Source: Candidatus Kuenenia stuttgartensis
Lineage (GTDB): Bacteria > Planctomycetota > Brocadiia > Brocadiales > Brocadiaceae
NCBI RefSeq assembly: GCF_900232105.1
Contig: NZ_LT934425.1
Coordinates: 1,080,001-1,112,000 of the forward strand
Length of the DNA stretch: 32,000 bases
Direction of reading: 5' to 3'
Of this stretch, positions 17,048 to 25,207 are shown in pieces (position 1 is the first letter of the stretch; each line of letters opens with the position of its first letter). The notes beneath the pieces are model-generated. The model made no database searches. It had not been told where the DNA came from and was given only the letters and a program-made list of their open reading frames with translations. A program made the position numbers and the translations under genes.

Positions 17048-17821
17048 TTAACTGAAACTGTGAGAACTTCCTATGACAAAGCTAGTGCCGATATATGTCA
17101 TCATCAGTATAAAAAACCCTACGATGGCAAGCGGCGGCTTTAATTTTTTTGCTTCAGGCCAATAATCCAGGTGCAGGCAGGTTGCATAAAAAAACCATAT
17201 GATAACAGACCAGACCACCTTGGCATCCCATAAAAAATAAGACCCCCATGCAACGTATCCCCACAAACCTCCGAAAATCATTGAAATGGAAAAGGCCGCC
17301 AACCCGTATCGGAACCCGGAATCTATTATTACATCATATGTTTTTTTATTTCCCTTTGCAAAATAACGTGCGATTGCTGCCGCCATAGAACTCGCCCATA
17401 ATGCATAACAGAAAAATGAAAGGGGGACATGCAATGCGTACCATATGGTAAGCATTAAGGGAGGCGCAAAACTCAAACCCATTTTAAAAAAAGTGGCTGC
17501 TGCCACAAAAAAGCCGTATCCAATACCAAACAATGTCATCCGGTAAATGGGACTTTCTGCTTTGGAAAAAATAAGCAATATCATGAATGTTGCCGTGGCA
17601 AAGGCATGGAATGATTCGAATTTATTTGTAAGAGGAAAATAGCCTATCGATAGACCACGTATGGTAATAACGGCTATTTGTAAAATAACAATCCCCAACA
17701 ATACAGGAAAACGTATTTTCCACCTGGTAAATCCGACAAACCAATACATCGAATACAGGCCGAAACACACCCAATATAAAACAATAGAAATCTGATTAAG
17801 TAGTAGCGCCTTTTCCATCAT
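17048..17821 (-). CDS. ccsA: System II cytochrome c biogenesis protein CcsA (haem handling, W-rich motif)
   Basis: A polytopic protein with the Trp-rich motif GGLWGYVAWGSYFLWDAKVVWS followed by a conserved His (CLHLDYW). The ATG (17821-17819) overlaps the upstream TGA (17820-17818) as ATGA. Confidence 0.8.
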   Translation of the reverse strand: MMEKALLLNQISIVLYWVCFGLYSMYWFVGFTRWKIRFPVLLGIVILQIAVITIRGLSIGYFPLTNKFESFHAFATATFMILLIFSKAESPIYRMTLFGIGYGFFVAAATFFKMGLSFAPPLMLTIWYALHVPLSFFCYALWASSMAAAIARYFAKGNKKTYDVIIDSGFRYGLAAFSISMIFGGLWGYVAWGSYFLWDAKVVWSVIIWFFYATCLHLDYWPEAKKLKPPLAIVGFFILMMTYIGTSFVIGSSHSFS

Positions 17822-18906
17822 TGCAAATTAATTTCAACCTGTGCATTATCCCGAAGATCGTTGATCAGATCACCCATTTCAATCGCAACTAATTTTTCAC
17901 GGACAGTGTCTTTGACAGCATCAAAACTTACATCTTTTGCCGGAGCGTGATTTGTAACATAAATTAAGTGATATCCAAATTCTGTTTTAACCGGCTCACT
18001 CACCTTGCCGACTTCTGTAGAAAATGCCGCGTTAGCAAAAGTTTCCACCATCACCCCATGCCTTGGGAAAGAACCGAGTTCTCCTCCCGTTTTCCCAGTA
18101 GGACATTCAGAATACTTTTTGGCCAGTTCCGCAAAGTTCGCGCCGTTATCCAGCTCTTTTTTTATCGATTCAATTTTAGCCCTTGCTTTGTCCAAATCTT
18201 CCTGCTCCTTCATTCCCTTTGTTCCTATAAGTATATGGCTTGCGGTGACCTCTTCTCCTGTAAATTCATTAATATTTTTAATGAAATAGTTTTCCAGTGT
18301 TTTATCATCAACATTATTAGTCACATAAGCATCAAGCGCCGCAGACATTCTAATTGCAGTACTTAGCTCATCAATATTGCTGCCCTGGATTTCGAGAAAT
18401 TGTTCTAATGTTTTCCCTTCTGCAGCAGGATTCTTTGCTATATTTTCCCGCATTTTATTGATTTCGTTATTTACAACGTCATCAGCGACATCCAAACCTT
18501 TTTCCCGGACAAATTGCCTTAAAATTGCCTGTGTAACAAGCTGCTCAGTAATTTGTTTTTCCAAAGAGGGTATCGCCCCAGGAGGCACTTGTTTTCTGAA
18601 ACGATCAAGAATTTTATCAAGATCCTTGCGGAGAATTTTTTCTTCATTTACAGAAGCAATTATTTTGTTAGGATCAGGTTTTTCTTTCTTGCCGTGAACA
18701 AACCCCATGCCATGGTCGCTTCCGGAAGTGGCGACAGCCTTCGTTTCTTGTCCTAAATTAACGTTTTTATGTATTTCTTCAAAATCTCTTTCGTTTGCCT
18801 GACTACTTAATTGCGGGACGTCCGATTCATCCTTTCCACAACCACTGACGGCAGCGAGCATTAACAATCCTGAAATAATTATAAAAGTAAAATGTTTTCC
18901 TACCAT
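17818..18906 (-). CDS. Parvulin-type peptidyl-prolyl isomerase lipoprotein (PrsA/SurA-like)
   Basis: Parvulin core: ASHILIG...FAELAKKYSECPTGKTGGELGSFPRHGVMVETFANAAF...FGYHLIYV. I chose ATG 18906 (AAAAGGAG upstream), which yields the lipoprotein signal MVGKHFTFIIISGLLMLAAVSGC. The track start at 19092 adds 62 implausible residues. Confidence 0.8.
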   Translation of the reverse strand: MVGKHFTFIIISGLLMLAAVSGCGKDESDVPQLSSQANERDFEEIHKNVNLGQETKAVATSGSDHGMGFVHGKKEKPDPNKIIASVNEEKILRKDLDKILDRFRKQVPPGAIPSLEKQITEQLVTQAILRQFVREKGLDVADDVVNNEINKMRENIAKNPAAEGKTLEQFLEIQGSNIDELSTAIRMSAALDAYVTNNVDDKTLENYFIKNINEFTGEEVTASHILIGTKGMKEQEDLDKARAKIESIKKELDNGANFAELAKKYSECPTGKTGGELGSFPRHGVMVETFANAAFSTEVGKVSEPVKTEFGYHLIYVTNHAPAKDVSFDAVKDTVREKLVAIEMGDLINDLRDNAQVEINLQ

Positions 18907-19206
18907 AAGAACTCCTTTTAGCCTTTTTGGAATAAAACCCAAAACGTTTATCAAAAATAAATATCCTGAATGTAATAAAACACAAAAAATCTGGTTATTC
19001 AGATCTATAAGTATTTTTTTCTTAACACTCTTTGTTTTTGTCGCAAAAACCCGATTGTCATAAGAAAATTTTAAGAGAGTAATACAAAACAATCCTATTT
19101 AAAAAAAAGTTCCTTAATATGCCTATTTCAAAAAATCTATTTTGTGTACCAAAACAAAACGAACGCCAATATAACGATAGATTAGATACCTGTTTAAATA
19201 TGTACA

Positions 19207-19291
19207 TGGGCGAGGTGGGAGTCGAACCCACACAACCGTTTAAGGTCAAAGGATTTTAAGTCCTTCGTGTCTGCCATTCCACCACTCGCCC
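19207..19291 (-). tRNA. tRNA-Leu (anticodon UAA), type II with long variable arm
   Basis: Hand-folded cloverleaf. Acceptor gggcgag/ctcgccc; anticodon stem aagga/tcctt with loop cuUAAaa; variable arm gacc...ggtt; T arm gtggg-ttcgact-cccac; discriminator A. No encoded CCA. Confidence 0.9.
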
Positions 19292-19420
19292 TGTGATATG
19301 TATGTATGTGAGCGTTTGTTTTACGTGTAACTATTACAAATGCTAGAATTCGAGGGTTAAATGAATGTCTTGAAAAGCGAAGAGTTTGCAGGGGTGCTTC
19401 TTGTTTCAAGATATAAAAAA

Positions 19421-19493
19421 AGGCGGCACTGGGATTCGAACCCAGGATAACGGTTTTGCAAACCGTGGCCTTAGTCCACTTGGCGATGCCGCC
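19421..19493 (-). tRNA. tRNA-Cys (anticodon GCA)
   Basis: Hand-folded. Acceptor ggcggca/tgccgcc; anticodon stem acggt/accgt with loop uuGCAaa; T arm ctggg-ttcgaat-cccag; discriminator U, as expected for Cys. Confidence 0.9.
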
Positions 19494-19727
19494 GATAAAT
19501 TCTCATAATTTCTACCAATACTGTCGGTAGTATTAAACACAGATTGTTGCATCATTGGTTTGGAAGGTTTACAACAAGTACTGCATAATTCGAACAGGTC
19601 TCAGTGGCAAATCAATTTTAGATCGGCAAAAAAGTTAATCGTATCATTAAGAAGGAGATTAGGCAAGAAATATTTATTAATTACCTTAGCACCTATAGCG
19701 AGTACGGGGTCTAGCAAAATCTACCAC

Positions 19728-21620
19728 TCATTTTGAAGCAAACTGGTATTTTTCGGTTAATAAACCAAAGTGTATACTTGGTGTTAAATAAGAAACCGCA
19801 CTGACATTTTTCATAGATTCCTGCATTTTTAAATTAAAGTGGTCGGGTTGTTTGTTGCACGTTTGTTGAGAATTTTCGGATACCGTTAGTCTTTTTTCAT
19901 GTTGCATACATTCTGAGACGAGAAGACGGTCTTTTGATAAAGAAATAAGATATTTCACCAAGGCATCCAATTCGTTGGTGCTAAGTTTTTCCTCGAATCC
20001 CGGCATTTTATTTTTCGTACCATAGAATTTTTTATCGTCCGGGTTTTTAATGAAACCCTTTAACCACTCTTCCGATAAGTAATCGGTTAAATTAGGCGCA
20101 ATCTTTATTGCATTTTTATCGCCTATGGGATGGCAGATAGCACAATTGCCTTTAAGGGTTAATTCTCTGCCCCTTTCAAGGCTATCTGTGTTTGTATTGA
20201 GTAAATTTCCCGATTGGCTTAATAAAAACTCTGTAATGTCCCACACTGACCCTTCCGGGAGTTTTATCGCCGGCATCACACCGGACTCTCCGAAATATTT
20301 TTTATCTCTGGGATTTTTGAGTAACCCAAACAACCACTCCCGTGATCCAAAGTTGGTAAAATCAGGGGCGTTATCCCCCCCTATTCCTTTTAACTTGTGG
20401 CATCCATTACAATTTTGCTTAAAAATTTTTTCCCCTAAATAAATAGGGTCATTCAGGAAAATAGACATCCCTCCTTCCGGATGAATGCCTTTTTTTGCGA
20501 GAACGACTGCCCTAGCGGCCTGAATTTCAGCGTCTTCACGCTGATGAATAATATGAATATCATGTGCATCATGATGCATTGCAAGGACGGTCAATGCAAT
20601 TGCCCCTGCCATTCCAGAAGAGACCGTTGCAAAGAAAGGAATCCTTTTGGCGGGAGAATTTGAAGGTGTTCTATCTATGAACGGCAAAACAAGGAGAAAT
20701 ACAAGACCAATCATTGGTACGATAACGGTACCTACAATCAGGAGATTTCCCTGACAGTATTTTAATAGCTGAAATAAGAATAAAAAATACCATTCTGGTC
20801 TGGCAAGATAATTGGATGCCGGGTCAGCCGGCGCCTGAAGTTCTGCCCCCCCTTTCCAAAAAACCCATACTGCTAGAGCAGCATAAATGATCATGGCAAA
20901 TACGATATCTTTAAACACCTGATCCGGCCAAAAAGGGTCAACCCGCTCCTTTAACAGCTTTTCACTTATTTTCCAATGAGGAGTTACACCATGCTTGCGA
21001 AACAGAGCGACATGGACAAAAAGAAAAAATACCAGCGAAATTGGCAATATGAATACATGAAGTGTAAAAAACCGTGTAAGGGTGAAATTACCATAATCAG
21101 ATCCGCCTTGGTGCAGCACTTTAATGTACTCGCCAATTACAGGGATAGTTCCCATGATATTGGTAGCAACCTGCGTGGCCCAGTATCCTTTTTGATCCCA
21201 TGGCAAAAGATATCCGGTCAACCCAAATCCCATGAGAAAAACAAGAAGAAAGACCCCGGTAATCCAGTTAAGTTCGCGTGGTTTTTTATATGCGCCATAA
21301 ATAAACACCTGGAAGAAATGAACAATGGCTAAAATTATCATTGCGCTTGAACCAAAATGATGGACGCCCCTTACAAACCAGCCAAAGGAGGTTTGTTCCT
21401 GTATATAGTAAACGCTTCCCCATGCTGTCGTCGAAGAAGGGGAATAAAAACTGGCCATTACTATCCCGGTTATCGCCTGAAGCATGAAAAGGAATATTAA
21501 TCCACTGCCAAAAACATATGTCCACCGTGCGCCGCCATGCACAGGTTCATCCAAGGCGGTTTTAAGCAACGTGTTTAAGCCGGTTCTATTATCAATCCAT
21601 TCGTAAAATTTATTTGCCAT
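19728..21620 (-). CDS. Cytochrome b (b6 + subunit IV-like) fused to a C-terminal dihaem cytochrome c
   Basis: The N-terminus MANKFYEWIDNRTGL...GGARWTYVFGSGLIFLFMLQAITGI, with His pairs in helices B and D, is cytochrome b-like. The C-terminus holds two internally duplicated c-type modules with CNGCH and CAICH plus conserved ...NP.DKK.FG...MP segments. Confidence 0.88.
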   Translation of the reverse strand: MANKFYEWIDNRTGLNTLLKTALDEPVHGGARWTYVFGSGLIFLFMLQAITGIVMASFYSPSSTTAWGSVYYIQEQTSFGWFVRGVHHFGSSAMIILAIVHFFQVFIYGAYKKPRELNWITGVFLLVFLMGFGLTGYLLPWDQKGYWATQVATNIMGTIPVIGEYIKVLHQGGSDYGNFTLTRFFTLHVFILPISLVFFLFVHVALFRKHGVTPHWKISEKLLKERVDPFWPDQVFKDIVFAMIIYAALAVWVFWKGGAELQAPADPASNYLARPEWYFLFLFQLLKYCQGNLLIVGTVIVPMIGLVFLLVLPFIDRTPSNSPAKRIPFFATVSSGMAGAIALTVLAMHHDAHDIHIIHQREDAEIQAARAVVLAKKGIHPEGGMSIFLNDPIYLGEKIFKQNCNGCHKLKGIGGDNAPDFTNFGSREWLFGLLKNPRDKKYFGESGVMPAIKLPEGSVWDITEFLLSQSGNLLNTNTDSLERGRELTLKGNCAICHPIGDKNAIKIAPNLTDYLSEEWLKGFIKNPDDKKFYGTKNKMPGFEEKLSTNELDALVKYLISLSKDRLLVSECMQHEKRLTVSENSQQTCNKQPDHFNLKMQESMKNVSAVSYLTPSIHFGLLTEKYQFASK

Positions 21621-21648
21621 AGTGCGGTTCTGCCTTATCTTAAATATC

Positions 21649-22137
21649 TTAGGTTATATTTTTATAATCAACGAAAACAGTATTGTTTTCAACTTTTGTC
21701 CGATAACTGTACATGCCGCGAGGAGCAGGTCCGGATATTGTTTTGCCATTTACATCGAAGACACCCTCATGACATGGACACAAAAATCGGGAAACATCAT
21801 TTGCCCAGTCTATACCACAACCAAGATGGGGGCAATTTGTTGAAAACACCTTTAATGAATCATCTTTTTGCCTTATAACCCACACAGATCCCATCACCAA
21901 TCCTTCAAAGATATTCCACGCATCCATCTTCGAAGAGGTCACCGCCACTTTTTTAGGGATACCGACGGGAAAGTCATCGAGCTTGCCAATACCAATGAAA
22001 TCTTCAGTCCCATAGACGGTTTCTTTCAGCCATGGATGGATTATCAATCCTATTATTGGAGCTAGTATGCCTGCAACAAGTGTTCCACCCAAAATATTCG
22101 AAATAATCTTCAAAAAACTTCTTCTGCTCTTTTCCAT
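21649..22137 (-). CDS. Rieske [2Fe-2S] subunit with Tat signal
   Basis: The twin-arginine-type N-terminus is MEKSRRSFLKII. The cluster boxes are CPHLGC and CPCHEG. It lies 28 nt upstream of the cytochrome b gene. Confidence 0.9.
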   Translation of the reverse strand: MEKSRRSFLKIISNILGGTLVAGILAPIIGLIIHPWLKETVYGTEDFIGIGKLDDFPVGIPKKVAVTSSKMDAWNIFEGLVMGSVWVIRQKDDSLKVFSTNCPHLGCGIDWANDVSRFLCPCHEGVFDVNGKTISGPAPRGMYSYRTKVENNTVFVDYKNIT

Positions 22138-22391
22138 TCTTTATTTTCCTTTGTCTTTCCGGAAGTACTATTATGAGATCATGTCTAATAACTTTTAGTC
22201 CTTCATGTTATGTGCGATGCATAAGATTGTTTCATAAAATAATCACTGTCGCAGCTTTCGGGGAAGGATATGGTTGTTTTTATTGCCTTTTCATAAAAAG
22301 CGTTCATTTTATTTATTTACGCTCGCAAATCAATGCTAAATTTTTAAAAATGAAAATTAAATTTTATCACAAACGATATTTCCTTTGAAAC

Positions 22392-22952
22392 TTATTTTAA
22401 AGGAAACGAAAATGCGATGGTGATATTATTCTTTACTTTCAAAGCGCCTAGTAATGCCTTGTATGGTTTTATGCCATACTCTTTTTGCATCAAATCAACA
22501 GACCCTTTCAGGATGCTTTCAACCGTTAATTCGCAGTCAAATTCGATAGTATTTGTAACGCCATGCAAGGTTAATTCTCCAGTGGTATGGTAACCGACAT
22601 TGTTTTTACCAACACCCGTCGATTGGAAGCTTATTGTCGGATATTTTTCTGAATGAAGCACATCGTTATTTGTAGCCTCTTCAATTTCCGATTTATCCTT
22701 TTCTTTTAATGTATCATTTTGTTGCTGGCCATTCTTCATTGCACAGACTACTTTTAATGCGTTTGCCGGTATTGTCACATTTATTGTTGCGGATGAAAGG
22801 TCATCGGAGGGGATATTTAAATCAACTTTGAAACGAGTTACATCCAGCAATAAATCATGCGCAACGGTGCTTAACATTCCTTCCTTAAAAGTATAAACCT
22901 GTATTTTGCCTGTATTTTCATCAAAAGAATATGTACCTGCTTTTATCGCCAT
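22392..22952 (-). CDS. YceI-like (polyisoprenoid-binding lipocalin-fold) protein, no obvious signal peptide
   Basis: The pattern ...VAHDLLLDV..F.V...., HSEKYPTISFQS and GELTLHGVTNTIEF matches the YceI domain. Confidence 0.65.
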   Translation of the reverse strand: MAIKAGTYSFDENTGKIQVYTFKEGMLSTVAHDLLLDVTRFKVDLNIPSDDLSSATINVTIPANALKVVCAMKNGQQQNDTLKEKDKSEIEEATNNDVLHSEKYPTISFQSTGVGKNNVGYHTTGELTLHGVTNTIEFDCELTVESILKGSVDLMQKEYGIKPYKALLGALKVKNNITIAFSFPLK

Positions 22953-23091
22953 GTCTTTCTCCTCTACCGAACATTAGCAAACCGAATCCGTCTTAAAACA
23001 ACCTAAAACCAGTAATATCAAACTTATATTCCTGATTTTTCATTTTTTTTTAAAATTATTCTCTGCGTAATTTGGAGTAAAAAAACAATAT

Positions 23092-24060
23092 TCATCGTGT
23101 TTGAGCTGGTACACACTTATTTAAATCTTCCTTCATATTCATTACGGCATTCTGCGCGGCTTCTTTCCATGTTTGTGCGCCATATTTATCTTTCCAACTT
23201 CGGTTATTATATGCGTAGAGGATGGAACGGGAAGCATTGATAATTGCTCCGTAGCCGTCTGAATTGAAACAATTTTTTATATCTTCCGCTGTCGCCCCCT
23301 GGGATCCATAGCCTGGAATAAGCAAGTAAGCATTGGGCATTGTTTTTCGCAATATCAAGATATCTTCAGGGTATGTGGCGCCGACAACGGCGCCTATTGC
23401 ACTATATCCATATGTTCCAATTGACCGACTTCCCCATGTATGAATTTTTTCTGCAATTATTTGATGCAGCTTTTTTGTGCCGCACAAAAGGTCTTGAAAT
23501 TCAACAGAGGAGGGATTGGAGGTTTTTGCCAGTACAAATATGCCTTTATCGTATGTTTCCGCGTTTTTTATAAAAGGGAGTATACTATCCACTCCCAATA
23601 AAGGATTAACCGTGATGGCGTCCGATTGGAAAGCAATTTGGGTGGTGTTGTTTATCGAAACCTGTCCAATATGAGCATTTGCATATGCAGCAGCCGTATT
23701 GGGAACATCGCCTCTTTTAACATCGCCAATGACAATAAGCCCCTTTTGCTTTGCATAATGAATAGTTTCTGCGTATGACCAAATACCCTGCCAGCCATAA
23801 AGCTCATAAAATGCAATTTGCAGCTTTACAATACCCACCAAATGTTCCAGAGTGTCAATGACTTGTTTATTAAACTCCAGAATAACGTTTGCTGCATATT
23901 TAAACGCGTCATCCTGCAATTTTGAAAATTGTTGCTTAATAGACTCGGGTATGAGGTCAAAGTGAGGATCTAATCCTACCACCACACAACAGTTTTTTTT
24001 CTGTATGGCAGTTGTTAATTTATCTGAAAAATTTGCTTTACGGTTTATTGCTATCGCCAC
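23092..24060 (-). CDS. pyrF: Orotidine 5'-phosphate decarboxylase, type 2 (long form)
   Basis: VVGLDPH, KLQIAFYE and IGDVKRGDVPNTAAAYA are type-2 PyrF motifs. The start codon is GTG (rc of 24058-24060). Confidence 0.85.
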   Translation of the reverse strand: MAIAINRKANFSDKLTTAIQKKNCCVVVGLDPHFDLIPESIKQQFSKLQDDAFKYAANVILEFNKQVIDTLEHLVGIVKLQIAFYELYGWQGIWSYAETIHYAKQKGLIVIGDVKRGDVPNTAAAYANAHIGQVSINNTTQIAFQSDAITVNPLLGVDSILPFIKNAETYDKGIFVLAKTSNPSSVEFQDLLCGTKKLHQIIAEKIHTWGSRSIGTYGYSAIGAVVGATYPEDILILRKTMPNAYLLIPGYGSQGATAEDIKNCFNSDGYGAIINASRSILYAYNNRSWKDKYGAQTWKEAAQNAVMNMKEDLNKCVPAQTR

Positions 24061-24098
24061 ATCGAATGTCCTTAAACAGCAGAAATAGATGTAAATAA

Positions 24099-24662
24099 TT
24101 AAAGCATTAAAAAGTTCTTAAGAAGCTTTGGACCTTCTTCGGTGAGAAAAGATTCCGGATGGAACTGGACCCCTTCCAGTAAATGAACCTTATGCCGAAT
24201 CCCCATAATTTCATCGTTGTCGGCTCTTGCAGTAATTTCAAAGCAATCCGGCAGAGAATCTTCTTTCACAATGAGCGAGTGATAACGTGTGGCCATAAAC
24301 GGATTGGAAAGTCCCTTATAAATAGTCTTGCCATCATGGATGATCATTGAGGTCTTTCCATGCATAAGCCTTCGCGCACGAATAATATCTGCACCATATG
24401 TATAAGCGATGCATTGATGCCCTAAACAAACCCCCAGTATAGGTATTTTACCGGAGAAATACCGTATGATATCATTTGATATGCCTGCTTCTTTAGGAGT
24501 ACATGGTCCAGGTGAAATAATAATATGCGATGGGGTTTCTTTTTCGATCTTATCAAGACTTATTTTATCGTTTCTAAAAACTTCCATTTTTTCGCCAAAA
24601 GCACCTATTTGCTGTACGAGATTATAGGTGAAAGAATCGTAATTGTCAACAATGATGACCAT
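24099..24662 (-). CDS. trpG: Glutamine amidotransferase of anthranilate / aminodeoxychorismate synthase (component II)
   Basis: MVIIVDNYDSFTYNLVQ, ISPGPCTP, PILGVCLGHQ and QFHPES form the class I GATase triad motifs. No trpE or pabB is adjacent, so it cannot be assigned to TrpG or PabA from sequence. Confidence 0.85.
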   Translation of the reverse strand: MVIIVDNYDSFTYNLVQQIGAFGEKMEVFRNDKISLDKIEKETPSHIIISPGPCTPKEAGISNDIIRYFSGKIPILGVCLGHQCIAYTYGADIIRARRLMHGKTSMIIHDGKTIYKGLSNPFMATRYHSLIVKEDSLPDCFEITARADNDEIMGIRHKVHLLEGVQFHPESFLTEEGPKLLKNFLML

Positions 24663-24787
24663 GATTTCCGTTTGTCCTCAGACTGATACTATAAAATGAA
24701 ATATTGAATAGCAAAAAAGTTTTTAAGTACAGTTTAAATAAGCGATTAGATAATACCTGCAGTTAACGCTGCAAATGCAAAAACAAC

Positions 24788-24815
24788 TTGACAATATGAC
24801 ATTTTTTGTTAAAAT
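24788..24815 (+). promoter_or_regulatory. Near-consensus sigma70-type promoter with extended -10
   Basis: TTGACA (24788-24793), a 16-nt spacer ending in TGT, then TAAAAT (24810-24815). It lies in the divergent trpG/nusA spacer. Confidence 0.45.
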
Positions 24816-24821
24816 TTAAAA

Positions 24822-24951
24822 ATTATAGACGTTGCAATATATTAATGTATGCTTTCATAGGTTGCTGTAGTTTCGCCGTTTCAGGCTTACTAAGAGTCCT
24901 AAATAGGAAGACAGCTTCAGATAAAAGTGGGTTATACCCACTTTTTTTTTT
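24822..24951 (+). ncRNA. Candidate ~130-nt small transcript or leader bounded by the promoter and an intrinsic terminator
   Basis: Defined only by its flanking signals. It has no convincing ORF or Shine-Dalgarno sequence, and I recognise no known RNA family in it. Confidence 0.3.
24925..24951 (+). terminator. Rho-independent terminator
   Basis: aagtgggt-tat-acccactt hairpin followed by an 11-T run. It lies 257 nt upstream of the nusA start. Confidence 0.6.
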
Positions 24952-25207
24952 AATATTCATGATTATGTCCTTATATTGATTATAGTAAGAAGATTGAGAA
25001 ATTTATAGTTAATAATTTTTGGACTATGCATATTTATTAATGGTTTCGCATTGACAAAGTAAAAATATACCAATTAGAAATATATTGTGTCAATAATGTT
25101 AAGTATTTAATGTTTTTTGTGTCTAAATATACTTTATAAAAAAATTTGCATCAATGAGCAGTGTTTATTATTGATTATTTTCTAAATTTCATTTTAGATA
25201 AAATGGT

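Noticed and set aside
18907-19092. 62-residue N-terminal extension of the PPIase ORF
   Set aside because: ATG 18906 is preceded by AAAAGGAG and starts a textbook lipoprotein signal peptide. The extension has no such features.
19058-19409. Track ORFs 19058-19249 and 19194-19409 (minus strand)
   Set aside because: They overlap tRNA-Leu and the spacer between the two tRNA genes. The tRNA cloverleaves fully explain the sequence.
24740-24775. tgcag-N6-ctgca palindrome upstream of trpG as an operator
   Set aside because: The arms are only 5 bp, there is a single occurrence, and no associated regulator is present. This is within chance expectation.
24850-24920. Possible SRP (4.5S) RNA in the nusA upstream spacer, suggested by gctgt...ggaagacagc
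   Set aside because: I could not find the conserved domain IV features (GGAA tetraloop context, symmetric or asymmetric loop sequences) or a convincing long helix. The resemblance is superficial.
25051-25080. TTGACA at 25051-25056 as the nusA promoter
   Set aside because: No acceptable -10 hexamer lies at 16-18 nt spacing (ttagaa or tagaaa). It is plausible but not supportable.
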